A stretch of DNA of 64,000 nucleotides. Origin: a virus (taxonomy: Duplodnaviria; Caudoviricetes). Both the position numbers and the translations under genes were made by a program. Under the pieces are notes generated by a model. That model did not search any database and was not told where the DNA came from. It was given only the letters and a program-made list of their open reading frames with translations. Location of the stretch: positions 1 through 64,000 of the IMG/VR virus record IMGVR_UViG_3300031760_000002; one strand, given 5' to 3'. This document shows positions 9,561 through 19,053 of the stretch, in pieces. The first letter of the stretch is position 1. Every line of letters begins with the position of its first letter.

Positions 9561-10011
9561 CCTGTTCCTCCTTCCATGCCTTCATCTTTGCAGCGACCTC
9601 CTCGTGGTGGTGCTTGATCCGCTCCGTCATGACAGCCTCGAAGTTCTGCACGTCCAGAACCAGCTGCCCGACCTGGTCGGACAGCCATTGGCTGCGCTTC
9701 AGCCAGTGTACCTTGAACGACGGCTGCAGCAGGTATCCGACAACCTCCCACTTCTTCGACTTCCCCCAGTTGCCGTAGATGTCCTTGACGTACTGTCGCG
9801 CCTGGATGACGTACCCCAGGTAGACGTCGTTAAACCCGTTCATGCGGACGGAGTAGTACTGGTCGGGCGGATAGAGCTCTGTCGTGCCGTCCTGCTTCAG
9901 GCGCCGCTCCATGGGTTGCTCGTTCTGGTGGATCGGCATCTTCTCCACCTTCAGCGAGAGGTCGATCACCTGGTATTTCTCGTCTTCCTCTTTGATCTTT
10001 CTCTTGGCCAT
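9538..10011 (-). CDS. hypothetical protein
   Basis: 157 aa, GGAGG RBS. Confidence 0.65.
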   Translation of the reverse strand: MAKRKIKEEDEKYQVIDLSLKVEKMPIHQNEQPMERRLKQDGTTELYPPDQYYSVRMNGFNDVYLGYVIQARQYVKDIYGNWGKSKKWEVVGYLLQPSFKVHWLKRSQWLSDQVGQLVLDVQNFEAVMTERIKHHHEEVAAKMKAWKEEQDAQKAAK

Positions 10012-10020
10012 TTTACCCTC

Positions 10021-10689
10021 CTAGTACCAGAAGTCCACGAGCCGGCCGTCTCCTTCGACGAACTTGTCCGCGATCAGGGCCTTGAAGTCGTCGTTGAAAT
10101 ACTTCTTCGCGTACTCGTCGACGTCCTCCTTCCGGAACAGGAAGCACGGCTTGCCGTCCCGCATGTCGTCATAGAACCTCTGGCAGCTGTCATCGTCTTT
10201 GAACGACTTGCGGCAGTACCCGGTCTCATCGCCGTCCTCCAGGACGCAGTCCCTCGTCTCGACATGCGAGAACGTCAGGTCCGCCTTTCCGTCGAAGTAG
10301 ACCGGCAGGTCGATCGTGTTCTTCTCCGTGGGTTCCTGTTCGACGGAATCCTTGCGCCTGAAGGTGACATACCATGAGCACCCAGGCACCTCCGAGCTCT
10401 TCAAAGCCGGGCTGGTACCCTCCATGCGCCATTCCCATTCCTCGTGCCTGACCGGCCGCTCCGGCGTGGATTTGCTTTCAAGCCACTTGTCGTAGTCGAT
10501 CAGCGTGATATCGCACTTGAAGACGAATTCCTTCGGGAATCCGGGTGCAAGCGAGATATCCTGCGGATTCTTGTCGGGCTCCAGGATCCGCAGCTCGTGA
10601 TCCGGATATTCCTTTTCGATTTCGTCGCTGGTCCATTTGTACCTCGGTGCGACCTTCTCAAGTCGCAGAATCATTGTGTCCAGTCCCAT
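10021..10689 (-). CDS. hypothetical phage protein
   Basis: MGLD start motif, GAGGAGG RBS. Confidence 0.7.
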   Translation of the reverse strand: MGLDTMILRLEKVAPRYKWTSDEIEKEYPDHELRILEPDKNPQDISLAPGFPKEFVFKCDITLIDYDKWLESKSTPERPVRHEEWEWRMEGTSPALKSSEVPGCSWYVTFRRKDSVEQEPTEKNTIDLPVYFDGKADLTFSHVETRDCVLEDGDETGYCRKSFKDDDSCQRFYDDMRDGKPCFLFRKEDVDEYAKKYFNDDFKALIADKFVEGDGRLVDFWY

Positions 10690-10692
10690 TTT

Positions 10693-11061
10693 TTAATCCT
10701 CCTCGTCCTTGTAGTTGTCGCACATGCTTGCGAGCGAATCCGTGCCATGCAGGCAGCACGCCTCGTTCTTGCACTGTTGGCACCATGCTGCGGTACCACG
10801 TTTGCGCTCCTCATCCGTAGCCGGCGGACACAGGGGCTTTTCCGTATCCGTATTCGGAATCTCCGAATGGTGCAGGAAGTGCACGGCCGGATACGAGTCG
10901 AACTCGTAGTTCTCGTTCTCGTCCATCAGGGAGTCGCAAATGACGCCCTGCGGCTTGACGAGCCCGCGGACCCGCTGTTCGGCGTCTGGTAGGTTTTCGG
11001 CCTCCACCTTCACCGTTCCCGTGTACACGACCTGCACCGTGAAATCGAACAATTGTTTCAT
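10693..11061 (-). CDS. hypothetical protein with Cys-rich C-terminus
   Basis: 122 aa; CQQC..CC...C. Confidence 0.6.
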   Translation of the reverse strand: MKQLFDFTVQVVYTGTVKVEAENLPDAEQRVRGLVKPQGVICDSLMDENENYEFDSYPAVHFLHHSEIPNTDTEKPLCPPATDEERKRGTAAWCQQCKNEACCLHGTDSLASMCDNYKDEED

Positions 11062-11062
11062 C

Positions 11063-12151
11063 CTATCCTCCCGTTAATGAAAGCGCATAGCGCGCCTGTT
11101 CTTCCTTCTTGAGCTCGGACCGGCGCCTGGCCGCGGCACGCTGATGCGTCGACCAATTCTTAATATACCTGCGCCTGTTCTCATGCGCCTTCTCCATCTG
11201 CTCTACGATGGCGTCCAACATCTCCTCCGGGACACCGCGTTTGCGAAGCTTGCTCTTCCACTTGTAGTGTCTGTCACGCACCGTAAGCGGCTTCATAGAC
11301 AGCTTGCGGGTTTCAGCGGCATTCCTTAGAAGCGGGGCGAAAGGGTCGATCCTCAGGTTGCGTTTCATCCTATAGACGGCCCTTATGCTGGCTCTACGCC
11401 TGGCCTTGCTGGCTTTTATCTCTTCCTTGTGCGTGGCCCTGTAGACAATGCCCCTTTCTCGCAACTCGTCCTTGTGCGCTTTGTACCACTCGGCATGGTA
11501 TGCCTGTCTTTTCTTCTTGTTGGCGATGTAGTATTCGTAGAAGTAAACCCTCTTCTTTTCTGTATTGGCACGGTAATACGCCCTCCACCGCCTCCTGCAC
11601 TCTTCTCTGTGGGATTCACGCCATTCCGCGTTTCTGGCGTCTATCCTCTCCTTGTTGGCAAGGTAGTACTCATGCCTCTTTTTGGAAAGACGGTCTTTAT
11701 TGTCGTCTCTCCATTTTTTGGTGCTGGCCAGGATGGCTTCCCTGTTCTTGGCGTAGTTTGCACGCCTTTTGGCCAGAAGCTCGTCCCTGTGATTGGCGCG
11801 CCATATGGCCGCTTTAGCGCGTACTTCGTCTCTGTGCTCCGCCCTACGGGCATTTTCACGCGCACGTATCTTGTCCCTGTCTGCAGCGTACCTGGCCCTT
11901 TTCTTCGCGGCTATATCATCCCTGTGCTCTTTCCGGTATGCGGCAACCTTGGCCCTGATCTCGTCCCTATGAGCGAGATAATACGCCTTCGAAGCAGCAA
12001 CTCGACGCTCCTTGTTCTGTTCCTTGTGGGCCTCTTTATAGGCTTTCTCCTTGGCTCTAATCTCATCCTTGTGGGCAAGTCGATATCTCGCCATGTACGC
12101 CTTCTTGTGTGCTATCCTTTCCTCTTCTGTTAATCGCTTTTTCCCGCTCAT
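11063..12151 (-). CDS. basic helical-repeat protein (paralog A)
   Basis: ~15-aa Y-x-x-x-[HN]-[RK]-[DE]-x-I repeats; AGGAGG RBS; lower GC than flanks. Confidence 0.7.
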   Translation of the reverse strand: MSGKKRLTEEERIAHKKAYMARYRLAHKDEIRAKEKAYKEAHKEQNKERRVAASKAYYLAHRDEIRAKVAAYRKEHRDDIAAKKRARYAADRDKIRARENARRAEHRDEVRAKAAIWRANHRDELLAKRRANYAKNREAILASTKKWRDDNKDRLSKKRHEYYLANKERIDARNAEWRESHREECRRRWRAYYRANTEKKRVYFYEYYIANKKKRQAYHAEWYKAHKDELRERGIVYRATHKEEIKASKARRRASIRAVYRMKRNLRIDPFAPLLRNAAETRKLSMKPLTVRDRHYKWKSKLRKRGVPEEMLDAIVEQMEKAHENRRRYIKNWSTHQRAAARRRSELKKEEQARYALSLTGG

Positions 12152-12208
12152 AGAACCTCCTACCGGCCACCCCGGGCCGCCACGATGGACGGTCCGGGGA
12201 CGGAGTAC

Positions 12209-12862
12209 CTAGTTGTTGCTCAGACTGACCTGGGCGAAGATCTCCTCCAGGTCCTTCATCTCCAGCGAATGAACGTCGCTGCGAAGCTTCAGGACAAGGC
12301 CGGTAACGCCCTTGACGAGCTCGTACCGGGGCTTGGCCCGCTCACGGATGACCTTCTGTTCACGGAGCTTCGTGGCGTACTCCTTCATCTCGAAGTGGTT
12401 GCGCAGGCGCTTCTTGTCCTTGTCGAAGAGGATGTTCCACTCCGAGCTGCGGAGCCGGTTGAGCTCGACGACGGTCTCCTTGCCGTCCTGCGACCGGATG
12501 ACGGTGACACCGCGCATGTTGAACAGGTTCTCCTGCTCCGGGATGCTAAGGAACCGCATCGTGTGAAGATGGCGCGGCAGGAAGAACACCCGCGGGTCGC
12601 AGGCTCCGCTGCCGATCGAGTCGAGCAGTTCCCAGTTGTGCTGGGTCTGTTCTGGGAACCGGAGGTGGAACTCGCCCATCACGTAGGCGAAGTCCCCGTT
12701 GAACGCCGCGACAGCGTCGTGGAACGCGACACCCATGCGGCGAATCGCCTCCAGGGACGTGCCACGATGCGCGCGGAACGCGTCGATGTAGACCTGGATC
12801 TCCTGGCCCCCGTTGACGTGGAGCTCGTTGCTGTACTGCTTGATATTGGGTTTGCGTGTCAT
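12209..12862 (-). CDS. hypothetical protein
   Basis: 217 aa, AAGGAG RBS. Confidence 0.7.
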   Translation of the reverse strand: MTRKPNIKQYSNELHVNGGQEIQVYIDAFRAHRGTSLEAIRRMGVAFHDAVAAFNGDFAYVMGEFHLRFPEQTQHNWELLDSIGSGACDPRVFFLPRHLHTMRFLSIPEQENLFNMRGVTVIRSQDGKETVVELNRLRSSEWNILFDKDKKRLRNHFEMKEYATKLREQKVIRERAKPRYELVKGVTGLVLKLRSDVHSLEMKDLEEIFAQVSLSNN

Positions 12863-12882
12863 TTTTCTCTCCTTTGGCTGTG

Positions 12883-13584
12883 TTATTGGAATGCAAGTGC
12901 CATACGCGCTTGCTCTTCCGCGTTTTTCTTATTCTTGTACTCGGTTTGTTTTCTTCTCACAGAAGACCAATTCAACAGATATCTCCTGCGGCTTTCGTGG
13001 GACTGGTCCATCTTGGTTACGGCAGCCGCTATCGCGTCTTCCGGAACGCCAAGCGCTCTCAGCCTTTTTCGAAGCATGTATCTTCTGTTGTACACTGCTT
13101 CCCTGCTGGTGGAATACTTTATCGCTGTTCTATTGCATGGAAGTTTCGGTGCGTACGGGTCCACCTTGCACCCTTTGTACCTGCGCATGCGAGCCCGTAT
13201 CGACTCGATATGCGATTTTCTGTACTCCGCCTGTCTCTTCCTGAATTCTTCCGCGTGCTCCGCATAGTATCTCCTTTTCTTTGCCAGTAGGGTTTCCCTA
13301 TGCTTTGCATGGTATTTACGGCTGTATTCGTTCAGATGGTCCTTGTGCTCGGCATAATACTTCGCCATTGCTTCTTTAATGCTGTTGCTGTGGGCTTCAC
13401 GGTACTTTTTACGGTACTCTAGGTACCTTTCCCTGTTTTCCCTGTAGTTTTTGCGCGAGCATTCCAGGATTTTGTCTCTGTGCTTGAGTCGATATTCCGC
13501 CGCGTACAGTCTTGCTTTCTCTCTATGCGCCTTCCTGTACGCGGCCTGGTACGCCCTGTACTCGGGCGAATCCTTTCTGGCCAT
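12883..13584 (-). CDS. basic helical-repeat protein (paralog B)
   Basis: Same repeat type; C-terminus aligns by eye with paralog A; start MARKDS. Confidence 0.7.
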   Translation of the reverse strand: MARKDSPEYRAYQAAYRKAHREKARLYAAEYRLKHRDKILECSRKNYRENRERYLEYRKKYREAHSNSIKEAMAKYYAEHKDHLNEYSRKYHAKHRETLLAKKRRYYAEHAEEFRKRQAEYRKSHIESIRARMRRYKGCKVDPYAPKLPCNRTAIKYSTSREAVYNRRYMLRKRLRALGVPEDAIAAAVTKMDQSHESRRRYLLNWSSVRRKQTEYKNKKNAEEQARMALAFQ

Positions 13585-13585
13585 G

Positions 13586-13759
13586 CTAGAAACCGGAGGC
13601 TCGATGGTACTCGTTCTGGTTAACTCCGTGTTTACGGAGCCATGCACGGTACTTCGCAATCTTTTCGCGCTCTGCCTTCGCTGCAATGTAACGAGCGTCG
13701 CGAAGCCTTGCCCGGAGTCTCTTCCTATACTCCTTTTTCCTTTCTTCCGCCGTCCTCAT
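13586..13759 (-). CDS. small basic protein (57 aa)
   Basis: Hand-translated MRTAEERKKEYRKR...WLRKHGVNQNEYHRASGF; GGAG RBS; below the ORF-track cut-off. Confidence 0.55.
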   Translation of the reverse strand: MRTAEERKKEYRKRLRARLRDARYIAAKAEREKIAKYRAWLRKHGVNQNEYHRASGF

Positions 13760-13763
13760 GTCG

Positions 13764-14654
13764 TTACTCCTTGTCGTTTTTCACGAGTTTCTTCAGATTG
13801 GCCTCCCTCAGGGCCTCGACCAGATACTTCCTTGCGCGTTCCTTTGCCTCGTCGTTTCCGTTCTGGTCGGCGTAGGCGAGCTCGTCCAGCCGCCATTCGA
13901 CCATGTCTCCCATCTTTTCGCGGACTTTCTTGATGTCCTCCTCGTTCTCGTCCACCCTCAGCTCCGTGTCGAGACCGTACTTGCGCAGGAGCTCGTTCGG
14001 TTTGTAGATCGGGTAGAAGTCGCCGGACGAGTAGTTTCCGGACATCCGCTCCGACAGGATGTACGTCAACGGAGGCAGCCCGCAGTCGTCCTCCTCCAGG
14101 AGGTCGGGCTGGTCGATCTCGGTCAGCATGCCTAGCAGGCCGCCGGCCAGAACTTCCATTTCGACAGGATCCTTCCGGTCGAGCCACTGATGCATCTCCG
14201 CCCAGGACTCCGGCATGCACGACCACCATCCGTCATACGACTTCCAGTGTTCGTCCAGCCACTTCTTGGCGATCTTGGTGCGCGTGGCCGATTCCTCGAT
14301 CCACTTCACCATCTTCTCCACGAAGTCGTCGGGGACCTCGATGGTCAGCTCCGCCCAGTCGGTTCGGAAGTTGTACTCGCGTGGCGAGTCTATGTCGGCG
14401 CCGACCACCTTGACCCCGAACTTCTCCAGTGGCTTTTCTTCCTGGAAGATCCGAAGGATCTCCTTGGCCATCGCCTCCTTGAACCTGGCGAAGTCCATCT
14501 CTCCGACCGCGATGAACTCCCTTTCATCGTTCCAGTAGTACTCCGGCTCGTCCTCAAGCGCGTAGAGGTAGTCCGGGCACATGACGTCGCCGTCGTATGT
14601 CCCGCACTGGATCACCGGCCACAGGTGCCGGCAGCAGTATGTGCTGAATGTCAT
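13764..14654 (-). CDS. hypothetical phage protein
   Basis: Start MTFSTY; SPREYNFRTD and SYDGWWS motifs. Confidence 0.7.
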   Translation of the reverse strand: MTFSTYCCRHLWPVIQCGTYDGDVMCPDYLYALEDEPEYYWNDEREFIAVGEMDFARFKEAMAKEILRIFQEEKPLEKFGVKVVGADIDSPREYNFRTDWAELTIEVPDDFVEKMVKWIEESATRTKIAKKWLDEHWKSYDGWWSCMPESWAEMHQWLDRKDPVEMEVLAGGLLGMLTEIDQPDLLEEDDCGLPPLTYILSERMSGNYSSGDFYPIYKPNELLRKYGLDTELRVDENEEDIKKVREKMGDMVEWRLDELAYADQNGNDEAKERARKYLVEALREANLKKLVKNDKE

Positions 14655-14959
14655 TTCTTGCTCCTTTTGCTGAATAACTTCGCGATCGACTCCGGCGTGT
14701 AGTAGCAGGTGGCGTACCCCGTGTAGTCCTTGTAGGGCCCCGTGTCGATCGGGCATCCGCCCGAATCGTGTTCAACGCTAAACGAGATCCCGGACCACTG
14801 CTCCTCAATGTACTGGTCCGCGGCGTCATCGTCGACATGGCCCTTCCGGTTCCCCTCGTCGTCCCTGACGATGATCCGGAAGCCTTTTCCGCAGAACGGG
14901 CACTTGATCTCGCTCAGCTTCTTTTCGGCGTCAATGATCCTCTTGCGCGAAATTTTCAT
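14651..14959 (-). CDS. CPFCG zinc-ribbon protein
   Basis: CPFCG...H...CPI; weakly Lar-like. Confidence 0.55.
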   Translation of the reverse strand: MKISRKRIIDAEKKLSEIKCPFCGKGFRIIVRDDEGNRKGHVDDDAADQYIEEQWSGISFSVEHDSGGCPIDTGPYKDYTGYATCYYTPESIAKLFSKRSKK

Positions 14960-15483
14960 TTGTAGTCCTCCACGTAGCTGTCCCAGTCTATATCGACCAG
15001 GTCCTTGTTAGTGCAGTCCTCGTCGAAGTAGTTGCAGATGTCGATCAGGTAGTCATCCATACCGGCATCCTTCTCGCCATCGTACCAAACGCAGTTGAAC
15101 GCGATCAGCGGCTGGATGTCCTGGTACCACTTCTGGCACCCCTTGAACGTCTTGAACCCCTTCTTCATCGTCTTGGCGTCCGAGCAGTACCCGAACTCCT
15201 CCAGGAATTCCGCCATGGCGTCCGTCTCGTCCCCATTGGCCTGGTCCAGGCAGCTGCAGTACGATTCTGCGTCCTGGAAGACACTCTGCATGATGTCGGC
15301 GCCGTGCACCTTGTTTGCGACCCAGTAGCCGCCTCCGCCCCACCGGGTGTGGCAAACCTTCTTCCCGTCGAATAAGACCACGACATCGTAGTCGTTCGCC
15401 AGCTCTTCCCGGGGTTCGTCCGCAGGGTTCACGACCAACTTGAATTTCTTGAGGAATGCCTCGATCTGCTCATTCTTCGTCAT
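14956..15483 (-). CDS. hypothetical protein
   Basis: 175 aa, acidic, GGAGG RBS. Confidence 0.65.
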   Translation of the reverse strand: MTKNEQIEAFLKKFKLVVNPADEPREELANDYDVVVLFDGKKVCHTRWGGGGYWVANKVHGADIMQSVFQDAESYCSCLDQANGDETDAMAEFLEEFGYCSDAKTMKKGFKTFKGCQKWYQDIQPLIAFNCVWYDGEKDAGMDDYLIDICNYFDEDCTNKDLVDIDWDSYVEDYK

Positions 15484-15724
15484 CTTCGTCCTCCTCCGCG
15501 TCGTAAGACAGGCCGACGTCGAAGATTTCCTCGACTTCCTCGAGAATCCGGTCGAGCTCGCATTCCGCGTCGTCCTCGCTTTCCAGGACGTAGCTTTTAA
15601 GCTTCTCCCCGTCGGTCAGGACGTACCCGCCGAGCGCGTATCCGAACACAAGGTCCAGCGTCCTGTAGACCTTGTCGTAGATCTTCTCGCTCGTCTTCTT
15701 GTTGAATTTGATCGTGTATTTCAT
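15470..15724 (-). CDS. hypothetical acidic protein
   Basis: 84 aa, AGGAGG RBS. Confidence 0.6.
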   Translation of the reverse strand: MKYTIKFNKKTSEKIYDKVYRTLDLVFGYALGGYVLTDGEKLKSYVLESEDDAECELDRILEEVEEIFDVGLSYDAEEDEDDEE

Positions 15725-16050
15725 TGTTTGTCCTCCTTTTTCTTCAGCCTCGCCCTCACCAGGGCCTCCTCGATGACCACCGACGGGACGGCGGAGTCCA
15801 CGGCGTGCGCTTCGAGGTACGACACGAAGTCGTACCCCGCCATTTCAACCAGCATCCCGTGCAGCTGGAACGCGATGCCGTGGTACATCTCCTCGAGGGC
15901 GGTGTGCCACTTGGAGTCGAACCGGTTTCCGACGCGGTACCCCTTCAGGTATCCGGTCCAGTCGACGGCCTCCAGATACCTGGCGGCCAGGAACCGGACG
16001 GCGTTGCACCGGTGGTCCTTTGCTGCCAGCTTGGGTTTTTCCGTTTTCAT
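15721..16050 (-). CDS. hypothetical protein
   Basis: Start MKTEKP, AAGGAG RBS. Confidence 0.6.
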   Translation of the reverse strand: MKTEKPKLAAKDHRCNAVRFLAARYLEAVDWTGYLKGYRVGNRFDSKWHTALEEMYHGIAFQLHGMLVEMAGYDFVSYLEAHAVDSAVPSVVIEEALVRARLKKKEDKQ

Positions 16051-16063
16051 TGTTTCTCCTTTG

Positions 16064-16097
16064 AAAAAGAAAAGGCCCCGGGTTTTACCCCGGGGCC
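16064..16097 (-). terminator. Rho-independent terminator
   Basis: GGCCCCGGG-GTAAAA-CCCGGGGCC followed by TTTTCTTTTT on minus. Confidence 0.75.
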
Positions 16098-16156
16098 ACA
16101 CACACCCTTGATTGACATTGGCACCTAGCGGGTAGCCAAGCGGTCAAGCGTGTTTG

Positions 16157-16645
16157 TTAGATTTTTCCGATTGTGTGCTCGTGAGCCATGGAGCTCATCG
16201 CGTGCTTCACGCGGTCGTGCTCCTCGTGCCGTTTGGCGTCGTTGAACCGGTCCACGGTGCCTACCAGGTAACCCGTGATCCTTCTGATACGGTCGAACTG
16301 CGACTTGTAGCGCCTGGCGATCCTCACCTCGTCGCCTTCCGGGTCCTCGATGAAGTCGTCGCCGTTATATCTTCCGGCCGTAAAATCCGCGCCTACCAGC
16401 ACGCAGTTCGTCAGCGCGGGGTCCTTTTCGACCTCTTTCGCGTCGACCTTGGCGTACGCTATGTACGCCGCCCTGATGCCGGCGTCCGGTTTGAAGTTCG
16501 TGAACCGGGCGTCAAACTGATCCCTGTGCTCGGGGATCCGGCTGTCGCCCGGGTCGATTTTCACCATGTGTTCGTCCGTGTTTGAGTCTAGCTCGGTCAT
16601 GTCGTGCACATGGTCGGCTCCGTGGTTCTCACAGCATTTTTCCAT
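16157..16645 (-). CDS. stand-alone NrdD-like glycyl-radical domain protein
   Basis: C-terminal RIRRITGYLVGTVDRFNDAKRHEEHDRVKH matches the class III RNR glycyl-radical tail; only 162 aa. Confidence 0.8.
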   Translation of the reverse strand: MEKCCENHGADHVHDMTELDSNTDEHMVKIDPGDSRIPEHRDQFDARFTNFKPDAGIRAAYIAYAKVDAKEVEKDPALTNCVLVGADFTAGRYNGDDFIEDPEGDEVRIARRYKSQFDRIRRITGYLVGTVDRFNDAKRHEEHDRVKHAMSSMAHEHTIGKI

Positions 16646-16671
16646 TTAGTTCTCCTTTTTCTTGCAGATGG

Positions 16672-17109
16672 CTATACCGTAACCCTTCTGCACTCAATGT
16701 ATTCTCCGTCTTTACGGAAGATGCCGGCCACGATCTTCAGCACGGCCTTGATCGAATTGGCATTGATCTCGATCGGTGCAGGCCACCTTCCATCCGGAAG
16801 CTCCAGGTTTATGTTGCACTTGCGGCAGCATTTCAAGAACGCCTGGGACCGTTTCCTGGAAAAAGGCGACCATACGACGGCATCCTCGTTCGCCAGCATT
16901 TTACCGTTCATCAGCCTGATGTTGGTTCGATAGAACGGCCACGACCTGCGCTCGGTCATCACTATGATTGGACGCGATTCGACGTGCTTGCCGTCGTCGT
17001 CCGAGTTATTTTGGAGTGAGATCAGCGACGCAGTCGTCACGACGCACCTTTCCTTGTATGAAGCGCATCTCTTCTGGTTTCTTCCTAGAATAACCTTGAA
17101 CAAAGACAT
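16672..17109 (-). CDS. hypothetical protein
   Basis: Start MSLFKV, AAGGAG RBS. Confidence 0.6.
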   Translation of the reverse strand: MSLFKVILGRNQKRCASYKERCVVTTASLISLQNNSDDDGKHVESRPIIVMTERRSWPFYRTNIRLMNGKMLANEDAVVWSPFSRKRSQAFLKCCRKCNINLELPDGRWPAPIEINANSIKAVLKIVAGIFRKDGEYIECRRVTV

Positions 17110-17111
17110 TT

Positions 17112-17672
17112 TTAACTCCTTCCCGGGATTTCCCATTTCAGGCATTCCGCCATATCCCTGATCAATTCATCCGTCTTTCTCATCCACACAGACATGGCCC
17201 CGGATTCCGCAACCATCGCGGACACGGGCCTTAAAAGGTACGGCAGCGGAGTATCCGTCGTACGCGTGAACACGAACGAAACGCTCGTCGGCTGCGAGGC
17301 CTTCCTGTCGACCCTGCACATGACGACCATGCCGTCAGGGGCGCCTCCGGCGATCCCGCACAGCTCGTCCAGCTCCATCCGGTCCTTCCAGCATTTCGAC
17401 CCGTCCGACTGGCCTCTGGTGTCAAGGATGAACCTTCGGCACGGAGACACCGGGCAGAACATCCCTCCGGACACCCCGTCCAGCACGTCGACGGCCATTT
17501 CTATTTCTAGCCTGTCCTTCGTGTCGATTCCCATCTCCCTGCATACTCCTGGCAGGCTTTTTCCGGTAAACCCGAGGCCCTTCATTATCCTGTTCGCTAT
17601 CAGCGAATCCGCCTTGTAGGTGGAGTTGGTCACGGAGGACTTGTAGGCCTCCATCTTTTCCTTCCAGTCCAT
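17112..17672 (-). CDS. hypothetical protein
   Basis: 186 aa, AGGAG RBS. Confidence 0.65.
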   Translation of the reverse strand: MDWKEKMEAYKSSVTNSTYKADSLIANRIMKGLGFTGKSLPGVCREMGIDTKDRLEIEMAVDVLDGVSGGMFCPVSPCRRFILDTRGQSDGSKCWKDRMELDELCGIAGGAPDGMVVMCRVDRKASQPTSVSFVFTRTTDTPLPYLLRPVSAMVAESGAMSVWMRKTDELIRDMAECLKWEIPGRS

Positions 17673-17673
17673 A

Positions 17674-18072
17674 TCAGCTCCTGGGTTCGTTGCCGAGGGC
17701 CTTCATGACCAGGGTCCTGAACTCCTCGATGTCCCATCTTCCGGCGTCCGGATTGCAGAACTGGCACCACTCCGTATGCAGCGTGTCGCCAGGATCGATC
17801 CTTACGATGACCCCTCCTTCCAGTTTGACCATACCGGGCTTGTAGAATCCGAGGAACTTGTTGCATTTCCTGCACATCAGGTACGCCAGCCCCTTGTTCT
17901 TCTTCAGGCAGTCAGGGCAGATCACATCCTCGCCCTTGCAGGTGAAGATGCCTCCTTTCGGCTTCAACGATCCGCATATCTGGCACAGCGACAGCCTGTC
18001 CGCCCCTCCTGGAAGCTTAAGGCTGTCGCTGTTCAGATAGTTCTTGACCTGTTCGTCTAGGGTTTGTGACAT
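17674..18072 (-). CDS. zinc-finger protein
   Basis: Four CxxC motifs (CQIC, CPDC, CRKC, CQFC). Confidence 0.7.
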   Translation of the reverse strand: MSQTLDEQVKNYLNSDSLKLPGGADRLSLCQICGSLKPKGGIFTCKGEDVICPDCLKKNKGLAYLMCRKCNKFLGFYKPGMVKLEGGVIVRIDPGDTLHTEWCQFCNPDAGRWDIEEFRTLVMKALGNEPRS

Positions 18073-18128
18073 GGTTTCTTTCTCGTGGTTGATTGGTTTA
18101 CAGTATACCACTTTTAGGCGCCTGAAGG

Positions 18129-18323
18129 TCAAGACGGATCCCGTTCCTTGAGCTTCTTCCACTGCTCGTTTTCCGACGAGATCAGCTCCTCGAGGTCCTT
18201 TATCCTGGCGTTAATCTCGGCATTCCAGGACTTTTTCCTCTGTTTGAGCTCGTTCAGCTCCGAAGTCAGCCCGGCTATCGAGTCGGCCAGTTCCTGCGCC
18301 GTACGTTGAAGTTTTTCCATCAC
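18129..18323 (-). CDS. small coiled-coil protein
   Basis: 64 aa with heptad pattern. Confidence 0.55.
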   Translation of the reverse strand: MMEKLQRTAQELADSIAGLTSELNELKQRKKSWNAEINARIKDLEELISSENEQWKKLKERDPS

Positions 18324-18802
18324 GACACCCTTTGGTAGGCCTTGTACAGCTCGTAAATGCTGTACAGAGTCGGCTTTTCATTGCTGAGCTCTATGCCGAA
18401 GAACCTGCATGCGTCCTGCAGGGACGGCTTGTAGTCGGAATACCCGCCCTGCAGGACCAGACCCTGCAGGTCGACCATGTCCAGCGAGTTCCACTTCTTC
18501 TCCATCTGCATGTACAGGCCCGGGACGGATTCACCGTCACGGGCCATGTTCGCCATGATGGCCGGCCATACCAGGTTGCGAAGGTTGTACCCTACCGGGA
18601 CCACGTTGCCGAATTTCTTGAATCCGCGCAGCCATTCACCAACCGATTTCCACGACACCGTCGGAGCCGACGGGAATTCGCTGATTTCAAGATCGTTGCT
18701 TCCAATGAATCCGAGCTGGACCTTCTCCACCGTGGTGAACGGCGTCGCCTCGTCTTGGAATCCGAAGAAATCAACGTGCACGAAAAACGGGTAGTAGGGC
18801 AT
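18320..18802 (-). CDS. degenerate DnaQ/PolB-type 3'-5' exonuclease-like protein
   Basis: VGYN...VDL...SLQDACRFFGI pattern; catalytic acidic residues incomplete. Confidence 0.5.
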   Translation of the reverse strand: MPYYPFFVHVDFFGFQDEATPFTTVEKVQLGFIGSNDLEISEFPSAPTVSWKSVGEWLRGFKKFGNVVPVGYNLRNLVWPAIMANMARDGESVPGLYMQMEKKWNSLDMVDLQGLVLQGGYSDYKPSLQDACRFFGIELSNEKPTLYSIYELYKAYQRVS

Positions 18803-19053
18803 CAGTCTCCTCCTGTTTCGCCCGACGCGGCGTCCGGCTGCTCCTGCTGTTGACCGGCAGGCGCCATGATCTGCTTCCTGACATCTGCGCACAGCGACTC
18901 CACGATCTCCGAGAAGTCCACGCCGGACGACACGATCTCGACCAGCCGGTCCTCGAAGCCTGTGTTTTCCACCGAGTACGGAAGTTCAAACACGAACTTC
19001 TTCGACCCGGATCCGCCTTCGTCATCAAGCTTGATGTTGATTTCCAGTCTCAT
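18802..19053 (-). CDS. hypothetical protein
   Basis: 83 aa, AAGGA RBS. Confidence 0.55.
   Translation of the reverse strand: MRLEINIKLDDEGGSGSKKFVFELPYSVENTGFEDRLVEIVSSGVDFSEIVESLCADVRKQIMAPAGQQQEQPDAASGETGGD

Noticed and set aside
16125-16150. tRNA-like D-arm text GGGTAGCCAAGCGGTCAAG
   Set aside because: No anticodon arm, T-arm (GTTCRA) or acceptor stem follows.
17738-17755. Orphan repeat-like CTTCCGGCGTCCGGATTG (and a similar one at 9102-9130)
   Set aside because: Isolated, inside coding sequence and explained by Cys-Asn-Pro codons; no neighbouring units.
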